Shown here: positions 17,841 to 29,342 of the stretch, piece after piece
How the letters are laid out: the number at the start of each line of letters is the position of its first letter
Position numbering within the stretch: the stretch's first letter is position 1
Assembly: GCF_041886205.1 (NCBI RefSeq)
Contig: NZ_CP169029.1
Origin: Escherichia coli
GTDB lineage: Bacteria; Pseudomonadota; Gammaproteobacteria; Enterobacterales; Enterobacteriaceae
Reading direction: 5' to 3' (one strand)
DNA: 64,000 nt
Notes under the pieces: generated by a model
What the model saw: only the letters and a program-made list of their open reading frames with translations
Told to the model about the DNA's origin: nothing
Databases searched by the model: none
Position numbers and translations under genes: made by a program

Positions 17841-18653
17841 ATGATTTCACGCCGCCGATTTTTGCAGGCTACTGCCGCGACGATAGCCACGAGCTCAGGT
17901 TTCGGTTATATGCATTACTGTGAGCCAGGCTGGTTTGAATTAATCCGTCACCGCCTCGCCTTTTTTAAAGACAACGCAGCACCATTCAAAATTCTTTTTC
18001 TGGCCGATCTCCATTACTCTCGTTTTGTTCCTTTAAGCCTGATTTCTGACGCGATTGCTCTTGGCATAGAACAAAAGCCCGATTTGATATTACTGGGCGG
18101 CGATTACGTATTATTTGATATGTCGCTGAATTTTTCGGCGTTTAGTGACGTACTCTCCCCCCTTGCCGAATGTGCGCCGACGTTTGCCTGCTTCGGCAAC
18201 CACGATCGCCCTGTTGGTACAGAAAAAAATCACTTAATTGGCGAGACGTTGAAATCAGCGGGCATCACGGTGTTGTTTAACCAGGCTACGGTGATCGCCA
18301 CGCCGAACAGGCAATTCGAACTGGTAGGCACTGGTGACTTATGGGCCGGACAATGCAAACCGCCTCCCGCCAGCGAAGCAAATCTGCCAAGACTGATGCT
18401 GGCACATAATCCCGACAGCAAAGAAGTCATGCGTGATGAACCCTGGGATCTGATGCTGTGCGGCCATACTCACGGCGGGCAACTGCGCGTACCGTTGGTT
18501 GGTGAACCTTTTGCCCCTGTCGAAGATAAACGTTACGTCGCCGGATTAAATGCCTTTGGCGAACGACACATCTACACAACCCGTGGCGTGGGCAGTTTGT
18601 ATGGTTTGCGTCTGAACTGCCGCCCGGAAGTAACGATGCTGGAACTGGTGTAG
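17841..18653 (+). CDS. yaeI: calcineurin-like metallophosphoesterase YaeI (270 aa), Tat-type signal
   Basis: N-terminal RRRFLQATAATIA twin-arginine motif; metallophosphatase motifs (GDYV, GNHD, GHTH). Confidence 0.85.
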   Translation: MISRRRFLQATAATIATSSGFGYMHYCEPGWFELIRHRLAFFKDNAAPFKILFLADLHYSRFVPLSLISDAIALGIEQKPDLILLGGDYVLFDMSLNFSAFSDVLSPLAECAPTFACFGNHDRPVGTEKNHLIGETLKSAGITVLFNQATVIATPNRQFELVGTGDLWAGQCKPPPASEANLPRLMLAHNPDSKEVMRDEPWDLMLCGHTHGGQLRVPLVGEPFAPVEDKRYVAGLNAFGERHIYTTRGVGSLYGLRLNCRPEVTMLELV

Positions 18654-18814
18654 AACGTGAATTTTATCACCACAATAAAGCAGGTAATTTTTTGATTTTT
18701 ACGCCATGATAGAAGTCTGGAAGAAAAAGGCTTTCTGCGATCACAGTCGAGCCGGGCGGGCCAGGCCAAATGCTAAAATAAGCACAATTTACTGACTCAT
18801 TTTGAGGTAACGCT

Positions 18815-19201
18815 ATGTACGACAATCTGAAAAGTCTGGGTATTACCAATCCTGAAGAAATTGATCGTTACAGCCTCCGGCAGGAAGCCAACAACGATAT
18901 TCTGAAAATCTATTTCCAGAAAGACAAAGGCGAGTTTTTCGCCAAGAGCGTTAAGTTTAAATATCCGCGTCAGCGTAAAACGGTCGTCGCTGATGGTGTG
19001 GGTCAGGGTTATAAAGAAGTCCAGGAAATCAGCCCGAATCTACGGTATATCATTGATGAGCTTGATCAAATCTGCCAGCGTGACCGCAGCGAAGTTGATC
19101 TTAAGCGTAAGATCCTCGACGACTTACGTCACCTGGAGTCAGTCGTAACCAATAAGATCAGCGAGATTGAAGCCGATCTGGAAAAACTAACGCGTAAATA
19201 A
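18815..19201 (+). CDS. yaeH: UPF0325 family protein YaeH (128 aa)
   Basis: 128-aa [45 protein letters not shown]...; conserved position between yaeI and cdaR. Confidence 0.85.
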   Translation: MYDNLKSLGITNPEEIDRYSLRQEANNDILKIYFQKDKGEFFAKSVKFKYPRQRKTVVADGVGQGYKEVQEISPNLRYIIDELDQICQRDRSEVDLKRKILDDLRHLESVVTNKISEIEADLEKLTRK

Positions 19202-19225
19202 TCCCGAATTGACGGTTAACTCGGG

Positions 19226-19259
19226 CATTCCCCTCTCCCCTTCGGGCTGAGGGGAATGA
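19226..19259. terminator. hairpin between convergent yaeH and cdaR
   Basis: 10-bp stem cattcccctc/gaggggaatg with 14-nt loop. Confidence 0.5.
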
Positions 19260-19289
19260 GCCAGCGCCGCCTCAACCTTAACGCATAAC

Positions 19290-20447
19290 CTACCGCTCTT
19301 CATCCAGTTGTAACGCCACATACAGCAGCAACCTGTCATCAAAATTGCCCAAATCAAGCCCGGTCAGTTCCGATATACGATTAAGCCGATACTCCAGGGT
19401 ATTACGATGAATAAACAACGCCTTTGACGTTGCCAGCGGTTGCACATTGTGACGAAACCACGCCGCCAGCGTTCGTCGCAGCAAGCCGTTATTGTCCATC
19501 GCTTTCAGCCGCGCCAGCGGTCGCGCCAGTTCGTTGGCCTGCCAGTCGCCACGCAAACTGTCGAGTAACACAGGTAACATCAGATCCTGATAAAAATAGC
19601 AGCGACTTTCTGGCATCCGCTGTTTACCCACCACCATCGTCGTTTTCGCCGTACGATAGGATCGGGCAATACTGCCAGGACCGGTAAAATAGTTGCCCAG
19701 TGAAACGCGAAAACGCAGCTGGCCGTACTCTTTCATGCGGGTAATCAGTTGTTCAACTCGCTTACGATGATCTTCTGCATCCCAGCGCCCAAAAGAGTTC
19801 AACGCCGGTTTCAACACCACCATTTCGGTCAGCGAGACAATTGCCACCAGATTATTACGCTCGGGCGTAGTCAGCGCGTTTTGCAGTTGTTGTAACTCCG
19901 CCATTGCGCTGTCCACACCAAGCTGACCGCTGTCGACCTCAACAATAGCCACCACTCGCGGTTGATTGAGATCGATCCCCAGCCGTTGCGCCCATTCAGT
20001 AAGTGCGGGAGTATTCTCCTCTGCCTGAATCAGGTTCATCACCAGTTCTTCCCGCAAACGGCTATCCTGCGCCAACAAGTGCATCAACCGCGACTGTTCC
20101 AGCATCATTTCAGCCGTCATGCAGACCAGTTCGCCATATTTACGCAGATTCTCTGGTTCACCTGTCAGGCCAATTACGCCGACAATTTCACCTTCCAGCC
20201 GTAACGGTAGATTAATCCCCTGCCGCACACCGTGCAGATGACGTGCTACCGCGTCATCGATATCGACGACTCGTCCCTGTGAAAGTACCAGCAATGCACC
20301 TTCGTGCAATTCACCAATACGCTCACGATCGCCGCTGCCGATAATTCGCCCACGGGCATCCATTACGTTGATATTGGTATCGATGATGCGCATGGTACGT
20401 GCCACGATATCCTGCGCCATTTTGGTATCAAGATGCCAGCCAGCCAT
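19290..20447 (-). CDS. cdaR: carbohydrate diacid regulator CdaR (SdaR), 385 aa
   Basis: Start taken at MAGWHLDTKMAQDIV... (ATG 20447, GGAGG RBS); C-terminal PucR-type HTH region. Confidence 0.88.
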   Translation of the reverse strand: MAGWHLDTKMAQDIVARTMRIIDTNINVMDARGRIIGSGDRERIGELHEGALLVLSQGRVVDIDDAVARHLHGVRQGINLPLRLEGEIVGVIGLTGEPENLRKYGELVCMTAEMMLEQSRLMHLLAQDSRLREELVMNLIQAEENTPALTEWAQRLGIDLNQPRVVAIVEVDSGQLGVDSAMAELQQLQNALTTPERNNLVAIVSLTEMVVLKPALNSFGRWDAEDHRKRVEQLITRMKEYGQLRFRVSLGNYFTGPGSIARSYRTAKTTMVVGKQRMPESRCYFYQDLMLPVLLDSLRGDWQANELARPLARLKAMDNNGLLRRTLAAWFRHNVQPLATSKALFIHRNTLEYRLNRISELTGLDLGNFDDRLLLYVALQLDEER

Positions 20448-20601
20448 AAGTCCTCCGTTATGCACGGCTTAGCATAAGGAAGTACGTAACGTACGGCATT
20501 GTGCAAATGCCTAAAGGATGATGAAGATGTATGGAGTTGTGGTAAAGTTCACAGATTGTAAGGAGAACCCCTTCCCGTTTTCAGGAAGGGGTTGAGGGAG
20601 A

Positions 20602-22026
20602 TTACTGCATTAACAGGTAGATGGTGCTGTCGCCGCGCTGAATGTTCAGTGCCAGCACAGACGGTTTGCTGTCGAGAACTTTACGCAGTTCAGCGATGTT
20701 TTTCACTGCCTGCTGGTTCGCGCCAATAATCACATCACCTTTCTTCAGGCCGATCTGCGCAGCCGGAGTGCCCGTTTTCACGTTGTTCACTACCACGCCC
20801 TGATCTTTGCCTTTGTTGCTCATCTCAGCACCTTCAATGCCGTTGAAGATGGAGCTGGAATCAACCTGATTCTGGCTGCTCTGCTGCAGTTCCAGATTCA
20901 CGTTGACCTGCTTACCGTCGCGCAGCAAGCCCAGGGTCAGTTTGCTGCCCACCGGCATAGTCCCCACCTGAGCACGCAGTGCGGCAAAGCTGCTGATTGG
21001 CTTACCGTTCAGTGAGGTGATCACATCACCCGCTTTAATGCCCGCTTTTGCAGCGGAGGAATTAGGCAGAACCTGGCTTACGAAAGCACCGCGCTGGGCG
21101 TCAACTTTCATCGCTTTCGCCAGTTCGGAGTTCAGCTCAGTCCCCATAATACCCAGCTCACCGCGTTTCACCTGGCCGTATTCCACCATCTGCGAGGTCA
21201 GGTTTTTCACCATGTTACTCGGGATAGCAAAACCGATACCGATGTTGCCGCCGTCCGGTGCGAGGATCGCGGTGTTGATACCGATCAGTTCGCCGTTCAG
21301 GTTAACCAGCGCACCACCGGAGTTACCACGGTTGATCGCTGCATCGGTCTGGATGAAGTTTTCGTAGTTTTCGGCATTCAGGCCGCTACGCCCCAGCGCA
21401 GAGACAATCCCGGAAGTTACCGTCTCGCCCAGACCAAACGGGTTACCAATCGCTACGGTGTAATCACCCACGCGCAGTGCATCAGAATCCGCCATCTTAA
21501 TTGCGGTCAGGTTTTTCGGGTTCTGGATTTGGATCAGCGCGATATCAGAGCGCGGATCTTTGCCAACCATCTTCGCGTCGAACTTACGGCCATCGCTCAG
21601 TTGAACTTTAATGACCGTCGCGTTATCAACAACGTGGTTGTTGGTGACGACATAGCCTTTATCGGCATCAATGATGACGCCGGAACCCAGCGCCATGAAT
21701 TTCTGTTGCTGGCCGCCACCATTACCGCCCTGGCCACCCTGGCAGAACGGAGAGCTCTGGAACGGAGAACCTTCCTGGCAGAACGGAGAATCATCACCGA
21801 AGAACTGCTGGAAATTACGCGGCATACGCGGCGTATTAACGGTTGTGCTACCTTCTACGTTAATGCTGACCACTGAAGGCATCACCTTTTCGAGCATCGG
21901 TGCAAGGCTTGGCATCTGCTGGGCTGTCGTTGCTGAAGAAGTCTCAGCCGCCGTTGCAGAGAGCGGAGATAACGCCAAACCTAAACTCAGAGCCAGTGCA
22001 CTCAGTGCTAATGTGGTTTTTTTCAT
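20602..22026 (-). CDS. degP: periplasmic serine endoprotease DegP (HtrA), 474 aa
   Basis: Signal peptide, trypsin-like domain with GNSGGAL active site, two C-terminal PDZ domains. Confidence 0.95.
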   Translation of the reverse strand: MKKTTLALSALALSLGLALSPLSATAAETSSATTAQQMPSLAPMLEKVMPSVVSINVEGSTTVNTPRMPRNFQQFFGDDSPFCQEGSPFQSSPFCQGGQGGNGGGQQQKFMALGSGVIIDADKGYVVTNNHVVDNATVIKVQLSDGRKFDAKMVGKDPRSDIALIQIQNPKNLTAIKMADSDALRVGDYTVAIGNPFGLGETVTSGIVSALGRSGLNAENYENFIQTDAAINRGNSGGALVNLNGELIGINTAILAPDGGNIGIGFAIPSNMVKNLTSQMVEYGQVKRGELGIMGTELNSELAKAMKVDAQRGAFVSQVLPNSSAAKAGIKAGDVITSLNGKPISSFAALRAQVGTMPVGSKLTLGLLRDGKQVNVNLELQQSSQNQVDSSSIFNGIEGAEMSNKGKDQGVVVNNVKTGTPAAQIGLKKGDVIIGANQQAVKNIAELRKVLDSKPSVLALNIQRGDSTIYLLMQ

Positions 22027-22071
22027 GTATTTCAGTCTCGATTAACAGATAACGCAAAATTGCTGTGTTCT

Positions 22072-22099
22072 TCAGATTCGTTTTATAGCCTGAAGTTCC
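22072..22099 (-). promoter_or_regulatory. sigma-E-type promoter of degP (-35 GGAACTT / -10 TCTGA)
   Basis: Minus-strand GGAACTT (22099..22093) and TCTGA (22076..22072) separated by 16 nt, about 50 nt upstream of degP ATG; GTAAA pentamers further upstream. Confidence 0.7.
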
Positions 22100-22155
22100 G
22101 AACTAAAGTTTCTGCAAAAGGTAAAAATTTATTGTTCGTCTTTACAAAAGCCTGG

Positions 22156-23673
22156 TTATTGTTCTACGGCCATCAGACGTCGGTATTCATCCCACGCATA
22201 GAGGTCGGTCATACCGCTGATATAATCCTGCAGCAGGCGGCAACGGTAATAATATTCCCATAGCGGAAACTCAGGAGAATCTGACGGTAATTTACTGACA
22301 GCCTCGACATAGGCCAGCCGATGGCGCGTCGAGAGTTTGTGGAATAAGCGCGATTCAATAGGGAAACGTTTCACCCGTTCTTTTTCTACCAGTTCAGTAA
22401 AGTCTGATAACGACAGGCTTAATAAAGGACGATAAGTCTCTAATAATCCGCTAATGACCCGATAGCCCTGCAATTCAAGCTGCTCGACATCTGGATGGCT
22501 AAACACATGTTTTACAGCGACATTTTTATATAGCTTAAGAAGATCGCTGCATTCGCTGGCATCTTCCAATAATGCATGATTAAACGTTCCGGCGAAAATC
22601 GCAGGCAGATTATCAATAAATCGTTGTGCCGCGTAGGGTACCAGTTTATTTAGGGTGTTTACTCGTAAATACATAAAAAACTGATCTTCCGTACTGCGGC
22701 TTAAACTATTTGAGCGTGATTTTTCCCAGGCATTTTCAACCACTAGCGAAAAGAGCGAACCTTTCTCATGCTGGCCCCACGCTTCGTGCAAATGATGATA
22801 AAGCTGCTCAACGGTAAATATTCTTTTCTCTACCGCATCTTCAAGGTCTGCCACACAATAGGAGATGTCGTCGGCAGCTTCCATAATCCACGTTAATGGA
22901 AAACGACTGTAAAGCGCCAAATTAAGTTCTTTACGCAACCGCGCAATATAGGCTTCTTCAGAAAGATAATAACCCGGCTTTTTCATTAAATAGTGATGTG
23001 TCTCAGGCGTTTCGCCACGCCACCACGCCGGACGGGTATATTTTAAAATACCGCCAACCTGTGCCCAGGTGAGATTCATCCGCATCAATGTATGCACCAG
23101 ACGAATGCCTTGTGCATTCCCCTCAAAATGACATAAGTCCTGACGAATCTTGCGCCGCAGCTCGTTAAGCGGTTCTTCCCCGTCCCGTAAACGTAGTGCC
23201 GCCACGCTGCAGCGATCGTCAGTCAGAGGCTGGCTTTCGGCATCTTCCGGGTGCAAACGTTGGCGAAACCAGTCATTTATCGCTGCTTCGCCAAAATGAC
23301 CAAACGGCGGATTGCCGATATCGTGCATCAGGCATGACATCTCAACAATGCTTTCAAAGGGGCCGGTCAGTTCATCCAGGCCGTATGCTTCCAGCAATTT
23401 AAGCTCTTTCAGACGGCTTAAAATTTCTTTGGCGATGTAGCGTCCCACCTGCTGGACTTCCATCGAGTGGGTAAGACGCGTGCGCACGGCGGCATTGCGC
23501 TCCAGTGGAAAAACCTGGGTCTTTTGTTGCAGACGACGAATTGCCGGAGAGTTGATGATACGCCCGCGATCGCTCTCGAAGATCCGCAGGATCTCATGTT
23601 CGGTTTTAACGCCCTGCGGTGAACGGTAACGACGATGCCAGTTTATTTTTTTTCGGAAATCAATCTGTGCCAT
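22156..23673 (-). CDS. dgt: dGTP triphosphohydrolase Dgt (505 aa)
   Basis: HD-domain phosphohydrolase (...[13 protein letters not shown]...); position between degP and mtnN. Confidence 0.95.
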   Translation of the reverse strand: MAQIDFRKKINWHRRYRSPQGVKTEHEILRIFESDRGRIINSPAIRRLQQKTQVFPLERNAAVRTRLTHSMEVQQVGRYIAKEILSRLKELKLLEAYGLDELTGPFESIVEMSCLMHDIGNPPFGHFGEAAINDWFRQRLHPEDAESQPLTDDRCSVAALRLRDGEEPLNELRRKIRQDLCHFEGNAQGIRLVHTLMRMNLTWAQVGGILKYTRPAWWRGETPETHHYLMKKPGYYLSEEAYIARLRKELNLALYSRFPLTWIMEAADDISYCVADLEDAVEKRIFTVEQLYHHLHEAWGQHEKGSLFSLVVENAWEKSRSNSLSRSTEDQFFMYLRVNTLNKLVPYAAQRFIDNLPAIFAGTFNHALLEDASECSDLLKLYKNVAVKHVFSHPDVEQLELQGYRVISGLLETYRPLLSLSLSDFTELVEKERVKRFPIESRLFHKLSTRHRLAYVEAVSKLPSDSPEFPLWEYYYRCRLLQDYISGMTDLYAWDEYRRLMAVEQ

Positions 23674-23756
23674 GTCCTCTCCCGCGTGAGAAATACGCTT
23701 CCCCGTAAGCGCATGGTAAACTATGCCTTCAAATCGGGCTTATCGCGAGTAAATCT

Positions 23757-24455
23757 ATGAAAATCGGCATCATTGGTGCAATGGAAGAAGAAGTTACGCT
23801 GCTGCGTGACAAAATCGAAAACCGTCAAACTATCAGTCTCGGCGGTTGCGAAATCTATACCGGCCAACTGAATGGAACCGAGGTTGCGCTTCTGAAATCG
23901 GGCATCGGTAAAGTCGCTGCGGCGCTGGGTGCCACTCTGCTGTTGGAACACTGCAAGCCAGATGTGATTATTAACACCGGTTCTGCCGGTGGCCTGGCAC
24001 CAACGTTGAAAGTGGGCGATATCGTTGTCTCGGACGAAGCACGTTATCACGACGCGGATGTCACGGCATTTGGTTATGAATACGGTCAGTTACCAGGCTG
24101 TCCGGCAGGCTTTAAAGCTGACGATAAACTGATCGCTGCCGCTGAGGCCTGCATTGCCGAACTGAATCTTAACGCTGTACGTGGCCTGATTGTTAGCGGC
24201 GACGCTTTCATCAACGGTTCTGTTGGTCTGGCGAAAATCCGCCACAACTTCCCACAGGCCATTGCTGTAGAGATGGAAGCGACGGCAATCGCCCATGTCT
24301 GCCACAATTTCAACGTCCCGTTTGTCGTAGTACGCGCCATCTCCGACGTGGCCGATCAACAGTCTCATCTTAGCTTCGATGAGTTCCTGGCTGTTGCCGC
24401 TAAACAGTCCAGCCTGATGGTTGAGTCACTGGTGCAGAAACTGGCACATGGCTAA
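23757..24455 (+). CDS. mtnN: 5'-methylthioadenosine/S-adenosylhomocysteine nucleosidase (232 aa)
   Basis: [25 protein letters not shown]...; PNP/UDP phosphorylase family. Confidence 0.95.
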   Translation: MKIGIIGAMEEEVTLLRDKIENRQTISLGGCEIYTGQLNGTEVALLKSGIGKVAAALGATLLLEHCKPDVIINTGSAGGLAPTLKVGDIVVSDEARYHDADVTAFGYEYGQLPGCPAGFKADDKLIAAAEACIAELNLNAVRGLIVSGDAFINGSVGLAKIRHNFPQAIAVEMEATAIAHVCHNFNVPFVVVRAISDVADQQSHLSFDEFLAVAAKQSSLMVESLVQKLAHG

Positions 24456-25248
24456 GTCACTGTTCAGGGCGCTGGTCGCCCTGTCTTTTCTCGCGCCACT
24501 GTGGCTCAACGCCGCGCCGCGCGTCATCACGCTTTCTCCCGCCAACACTGAACTTGCCTTTGCCGCCGGGATCACGCCGGTTGGGGTCAGCAGCTATTCC
24601 GACTATCCTCCACAAGCGCAAAAGATTGAGCAGGTTTCCACCTGGCAGGGGATGAATCTGGAACGCATTGTCGCGCTGAAACCCGATCTGGTGATTGCCT
24701 GGCGTGGAGGTAATGCCGAGCGGCAGGTTGACCAGCTGGCTTCGCTGGGAATAAAAGTGATGTGGGTCGATGCGACAAGCATTGAACAAATTGCCAATGC
24801 GTTACGTCAACTGGCCCCCTGGAGTCCGCAACCGGATAAGGCCGAACAAGCCGCGCAATCCCTGCTGGATCAGTACGCGCAATTGAAAGCGCAATATGCT
24901 GATAAACCTAAAAAACGTGTTTTTCTGCAATTCGGCATTAATCCGCCATTTACCAGTGGAAAAGAGTCGATTCAAAACCAGGTACTCGAAGTTTGTGGCG
25001 GAGAAAACATCTTTAAAGACAGCCGGGTTCCCTGGCCGCAAGTTAGCCGCGAACAGGTGTTAGCACGCTCGCCACAGGCGATTGTCATTACAGGCGGACC
25101 GGACCAAATTCCTAAAATCAAACAATACTGGGGTGAACAGCTCAAAATTCCCGTTATTCCTCTCACGAGTGACTGGTTTGAACGTGCAAGCCCACGTATT
25201 ATCCTCGCTGCACAACAGCTCTGTAATGCGCTTTCACAGGTAGATTAG
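24448..25248 (+). CDS. btuF: vitamin B12 periplasmic binding protein BtuF (266 aa)
   Basis: Start at [22 protein letters not shown] (signal peptide), overlapping the mtnN 3' end by 8 nt; ORF-track start 24421 is an over-extension. Confidence 0.9.
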   Translation: MAKSLFRALVALSFLAPLWLNAAPRVITLSPANTELAFAAGITPVGVSSYSDYPPQAQKIEQVSTWQGMNLERIVALKPDLVIAWRGGNAERQVDQLASLGIKVMWVDATSIEQIANALRQLAPWSPQPDKAEQAAQSLLDQYAQLKAQYADKPKKRVFLQFGINPPFTSGKESIQNQVLEVCGGENIFKDSRVPWPQVSREQVLARSPQAIVITGGPDQIPKIKQYWGEQLKIPVIPLTSDWFERASPRIILAAQQLCNALSQVD

Positions 25249-25285
25249 CGCCAGACCTTTTCAGGTGCTCAGTGGGGATTGAACA

Positions 25286-25909
25286 ATGCTCGTCTATTGG
25301 CTGGATATAGTCGGCACAGCGGTATTTGCCATCTCCGGCGTTTTGTTAGCCGGAAAATTGCGTATGGACCCTTTTGGTGTTCTGGTACTGGGCGTGGTAA
25401 CCGCAGTAGGCGGCGGAACAATTCGCGACATGGCGCTGGATCACGGCCCGGTATTTTGGGTGAAAGATCCCACCGATCTGGTCGTTGCAATGGTCACCAG
25501 CATGCTGACCATCGTGCTGGTGCGCCAGCCAAGACGCTTACCAAAATGGATGTTGCCGGTGCTGGACGCCGTTGGTCTGGCGGTGTTTGTCGGCATTGGC
25601 GTGAATAAAGCCTTTAATGCGGAAGCCGGTCCGTTAATCGCGGTTTGCATGGGCGTCATTACTGGCGTTGGCGGCGGGATCATTCGTGATGTACTGGCCC
25701 GAGAGATCCCCATGATTTTACGTACAGAAATCTACGCAACTGCCTGTATTATCGGCGGTATTGTCCACGCTACGGCTTATTACACATTTTCCGTACCACT
25801 GGAAACAGCCAGTATGATGGGCATGGTCGTGACGCTATTGATTCGGCTGGCGGCTATTCGTTGGCATCTTAAGCTACCGACGTTTGCGCTGGATGAGAAT
25901 GGGCGTTGA
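25286..25909 (+). CDS. yadS: UPF0126 inner membrane protein YadS (207 aa)
   Basis: Two internal repeats of a Gly-rich transmembrane module (..GGGTIRD.. / ..GGGIIRD..). Confidence 0.85.
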   Translation: MLVYWLDIVGTAVFAISGVLLAGKLRMDPFGVLVLGVVTAVGGGTIRDMALDHGPVFWVKDPTDLVVAMVTSMLTIVLVRQPRRLPKWMLPVLDAVGLAVFVGIGVNKAFNAEAGPLIAVCMGVITGVGGGIIRDVLAREIPMILRTEIYATACIIGGIVHATAYYTFSVPLETASMMGMVVTLLIRLAAIRWHLKLPTFALDENGR

Positions 25910-25918
25910 AGAGAGAAG

Positions 25919-25945
25919 ATGTGCCGGATAGTTTATCCGGCACAT
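25919..25945. terminator. hairpin between convergent yadS and erpA
   Basis: Perfect 12-bp inverted repeat atgtgccggata-gtt-tatccggcacat. Confidence 0.5.
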
Positions 25946-25955
25946 GAACAACAGA

Positions 25956-26300
25956 TTAGATGCTAAAGGAAGAACCGCAACCGCAGGTGCTTTTCGCGTT
26001 CGGGTTGGTCACGATGAAACGAGAACCTTCCAGTCCTTCGGTGTAGTCAACGGAACCGCCGACCAGATATTGCAGGCTCATCGGATCAACCACCAGGCCA
26101 ACGCCCTGTTTTTCGATGGTCATATCGCCTTCGTTCACCTGATCATCAAAGGTGAAACCATACTGGAAGCCGCTGCAACCGCCACCGGTGATATACACGC
26201 GTAATTTCAGATTCGGGTTATCTTCGTCAGCGATCAGGCTTTTAACTTTGTTGGCTGCTGCGTCGGTAAACTCCAGCGGCAGTGCTACGTCATCACTCAT
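25956..26300 (-). CDS. erpA: iron-sulfur cluster insertion protein ErpA (A-type carrier), 114 aa
   Basis: Start at [11 protein letters not shown] (ATG 26300, GGAG RBS); conserved Cys residues (..GGGCSGF.., ..CGCGSSF) of A-type carriers. Confidence 0.9.
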
Positions 26301-26381
26301 ATTTTGCTCCAAACGACATCGGCAATTGGGCAAATTCTAACCCAATAATAATCGCCATTATCTAATACCCTGGTATTTCGT

Positions 26382-27821
<1,440 letters not shown>

Positions 27822-28027
27822 TCATACAAATAAGATGACGGCATTTTACTCGCACGTTCCATGAAAATCCTTTGCAAAGCGTAATGTTTCAAATGCACAA
27901 AACTTTTATACTCTAAGAAATCAGGATTGCACCAGTACAAGCAGCCTGATGTTTGACGAGTATTTAACTTGTTATGAATAACATAGAATAGCAGCCATTC
28001 ACTTTTTCTACGAATCAGGAACCCTCC

Positions 28028-29308
28028 ATGAGTAAGTCTGAAAATCTTTACAGCGCAGCGCGCGAGCTGATCCCTGGCGGTGTGAACTCCCCTGTTCGCG
28101 CCTTTACTGGCGTGGGCGGCACTCCACTGTTTATCGAAAAAGCGGACGGCGCTTATCTGTACGATGTTGATGGCAAAGCCTATATCGATTATGTCGGTTC
28201 CTGGGGGCCGATGGTGCTGGGCCATAACCATCCGGCAATCCGCAATGCCGTGATTGAAGCCGCCGAGCGTGGTTTAAGCTTTGGTGCACCAACCGAAATG
28301 GAAGTGAAAATGGCGCAACTGGTGACCGAACTGGTCCCGACCATGGATATGGTGCGCATGGTGAACTCCGGCACTGAAGCGACCATGAGCGCCATCCGCC
28401 TGGCCCGTGGTTTTACCGGTCGCGACAAAATCATTAAATTTGAAGGTTGTTACCACGGTCACGCTGACTGCCTGCTGGTGAAAGCCGGTTCTGGCGCACT
28501 CACGTTAGGCCAGCCAAACTCGCCGGGTGTTCCGGCAGATTTCGCCAAACATACCTTAACCTGTACTTATAACGATCTGGCTTCTGTACGCGCCGCGTTT
28601 GAGCAATACCCGCAAGAGATTGCCTGTATTATCGTTGAGCCGGTGGCAGGCAATATGAACTGTGTTCCGCCGCTGCCAGAGTTCCTGCCAGGTCTGCGCG
28701 CGCTGTGCGACGAATTTGGCGCATTGCTGATCATCGATGAAGTAATGACTGGCTTCCGCGTGGCACTGGCTGGTGCACAGGATTATTACGGCGTAGTGCC
28801 AGATTTAACCTGCCTCGGAAAAATCATCGGCGGTGGAATGCCGGTAGGCGCATTCGGTGGTCGTCGTGATGTAATGGATGCGCTGGCCCCGACGGGTCCG
28901 GTCTATCAGGCGGGTACGCTTTCCGGTAACCCAATTGCGATGGCAGCCGGTTTCGCCTGTCTGAATGAAGTCGCGCAGCCGGGCGTTCACGAAACGTTGG
29001 ATGAGCTGACATCACGTCTGGCAGAAGGTCTGCTGGAAGCGGCAGAAGAAGCCGGAATTCCGCTGGTCGTTAACCACGTTGGCGGCATGTTCGGTATTTT
29101 CTTTACCGACGCAGAGTCCGTGACGTGCTATCAGGATGTGATGGCCTGTGACGTGGAACGCTTTAAGCGTTTCTTCCATATGATGCTGGATGAAGGTGTT
29201 TACCTGGCACCGTCAGCGTTTGAAGCGGGCTTTATGTCCGTGGCGCACAGCATGGAAGATATCAATAACACCATCGATGCTGCACGTCGGGTGTTTGCGA
29301 AGTTGTGA
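28028..29308 (+). CDS. hemL: glutamate-1-semialdehyde 2,1-aminomutase HemL (426 aa)
   Basis: [26 protein letters not shown]...; class-III aminotransferase fold. Confidence 0.95.
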   Translation: MSKSENLYSAARELIPGGVNSPVRAFTGVGGTPLFIEKADGAYLYDVDGKAYIDYVGSWGPMVLGHNHPAIRNAVIEAAERGLSFGAPTEMEVKMAQLVTELVPTMDMVRMVNSGTEATMSAIRLARGFTGRDKIIKFEGCYHGHADCLLVKAGSGALTLGQPNSPGVPADFAKHTLTCTYNDLASVRAAFEQYPQEIACIIVEPVAGNMNCVPPLPEFLPGLRALCDEFGALLIIDEVMTGFRVALAGAQDYYGVVPDLTCLGKIIGGGMPVGAFGGRRDVMDALAPTGPVYQAGTLSGNPIAMAAGFACLNEVAQPGVHETLDELTSRLAEGLLEAAEEAGIPLVVNHVGGMFGIFFTDAESVTCYQDVMACDVERFKRFFHMMLDEGVYLAPSAFEAGFMSVAHSMEDINNTIDAARRVFAKL

Positions 29309-29315
29309 TGATTTT

Positions 29316-29336
29316 GCCTCGCCCACCGGGCGAGGC
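29316..29336. terminator. hairpin between convergent hemL and fhuB
   Basis: gcctcgccc-acc-gggcgaggc, 9-bp GC-rich stem. Confidence 0.5.
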
Positions 29337-29342
29337 ATTCAA

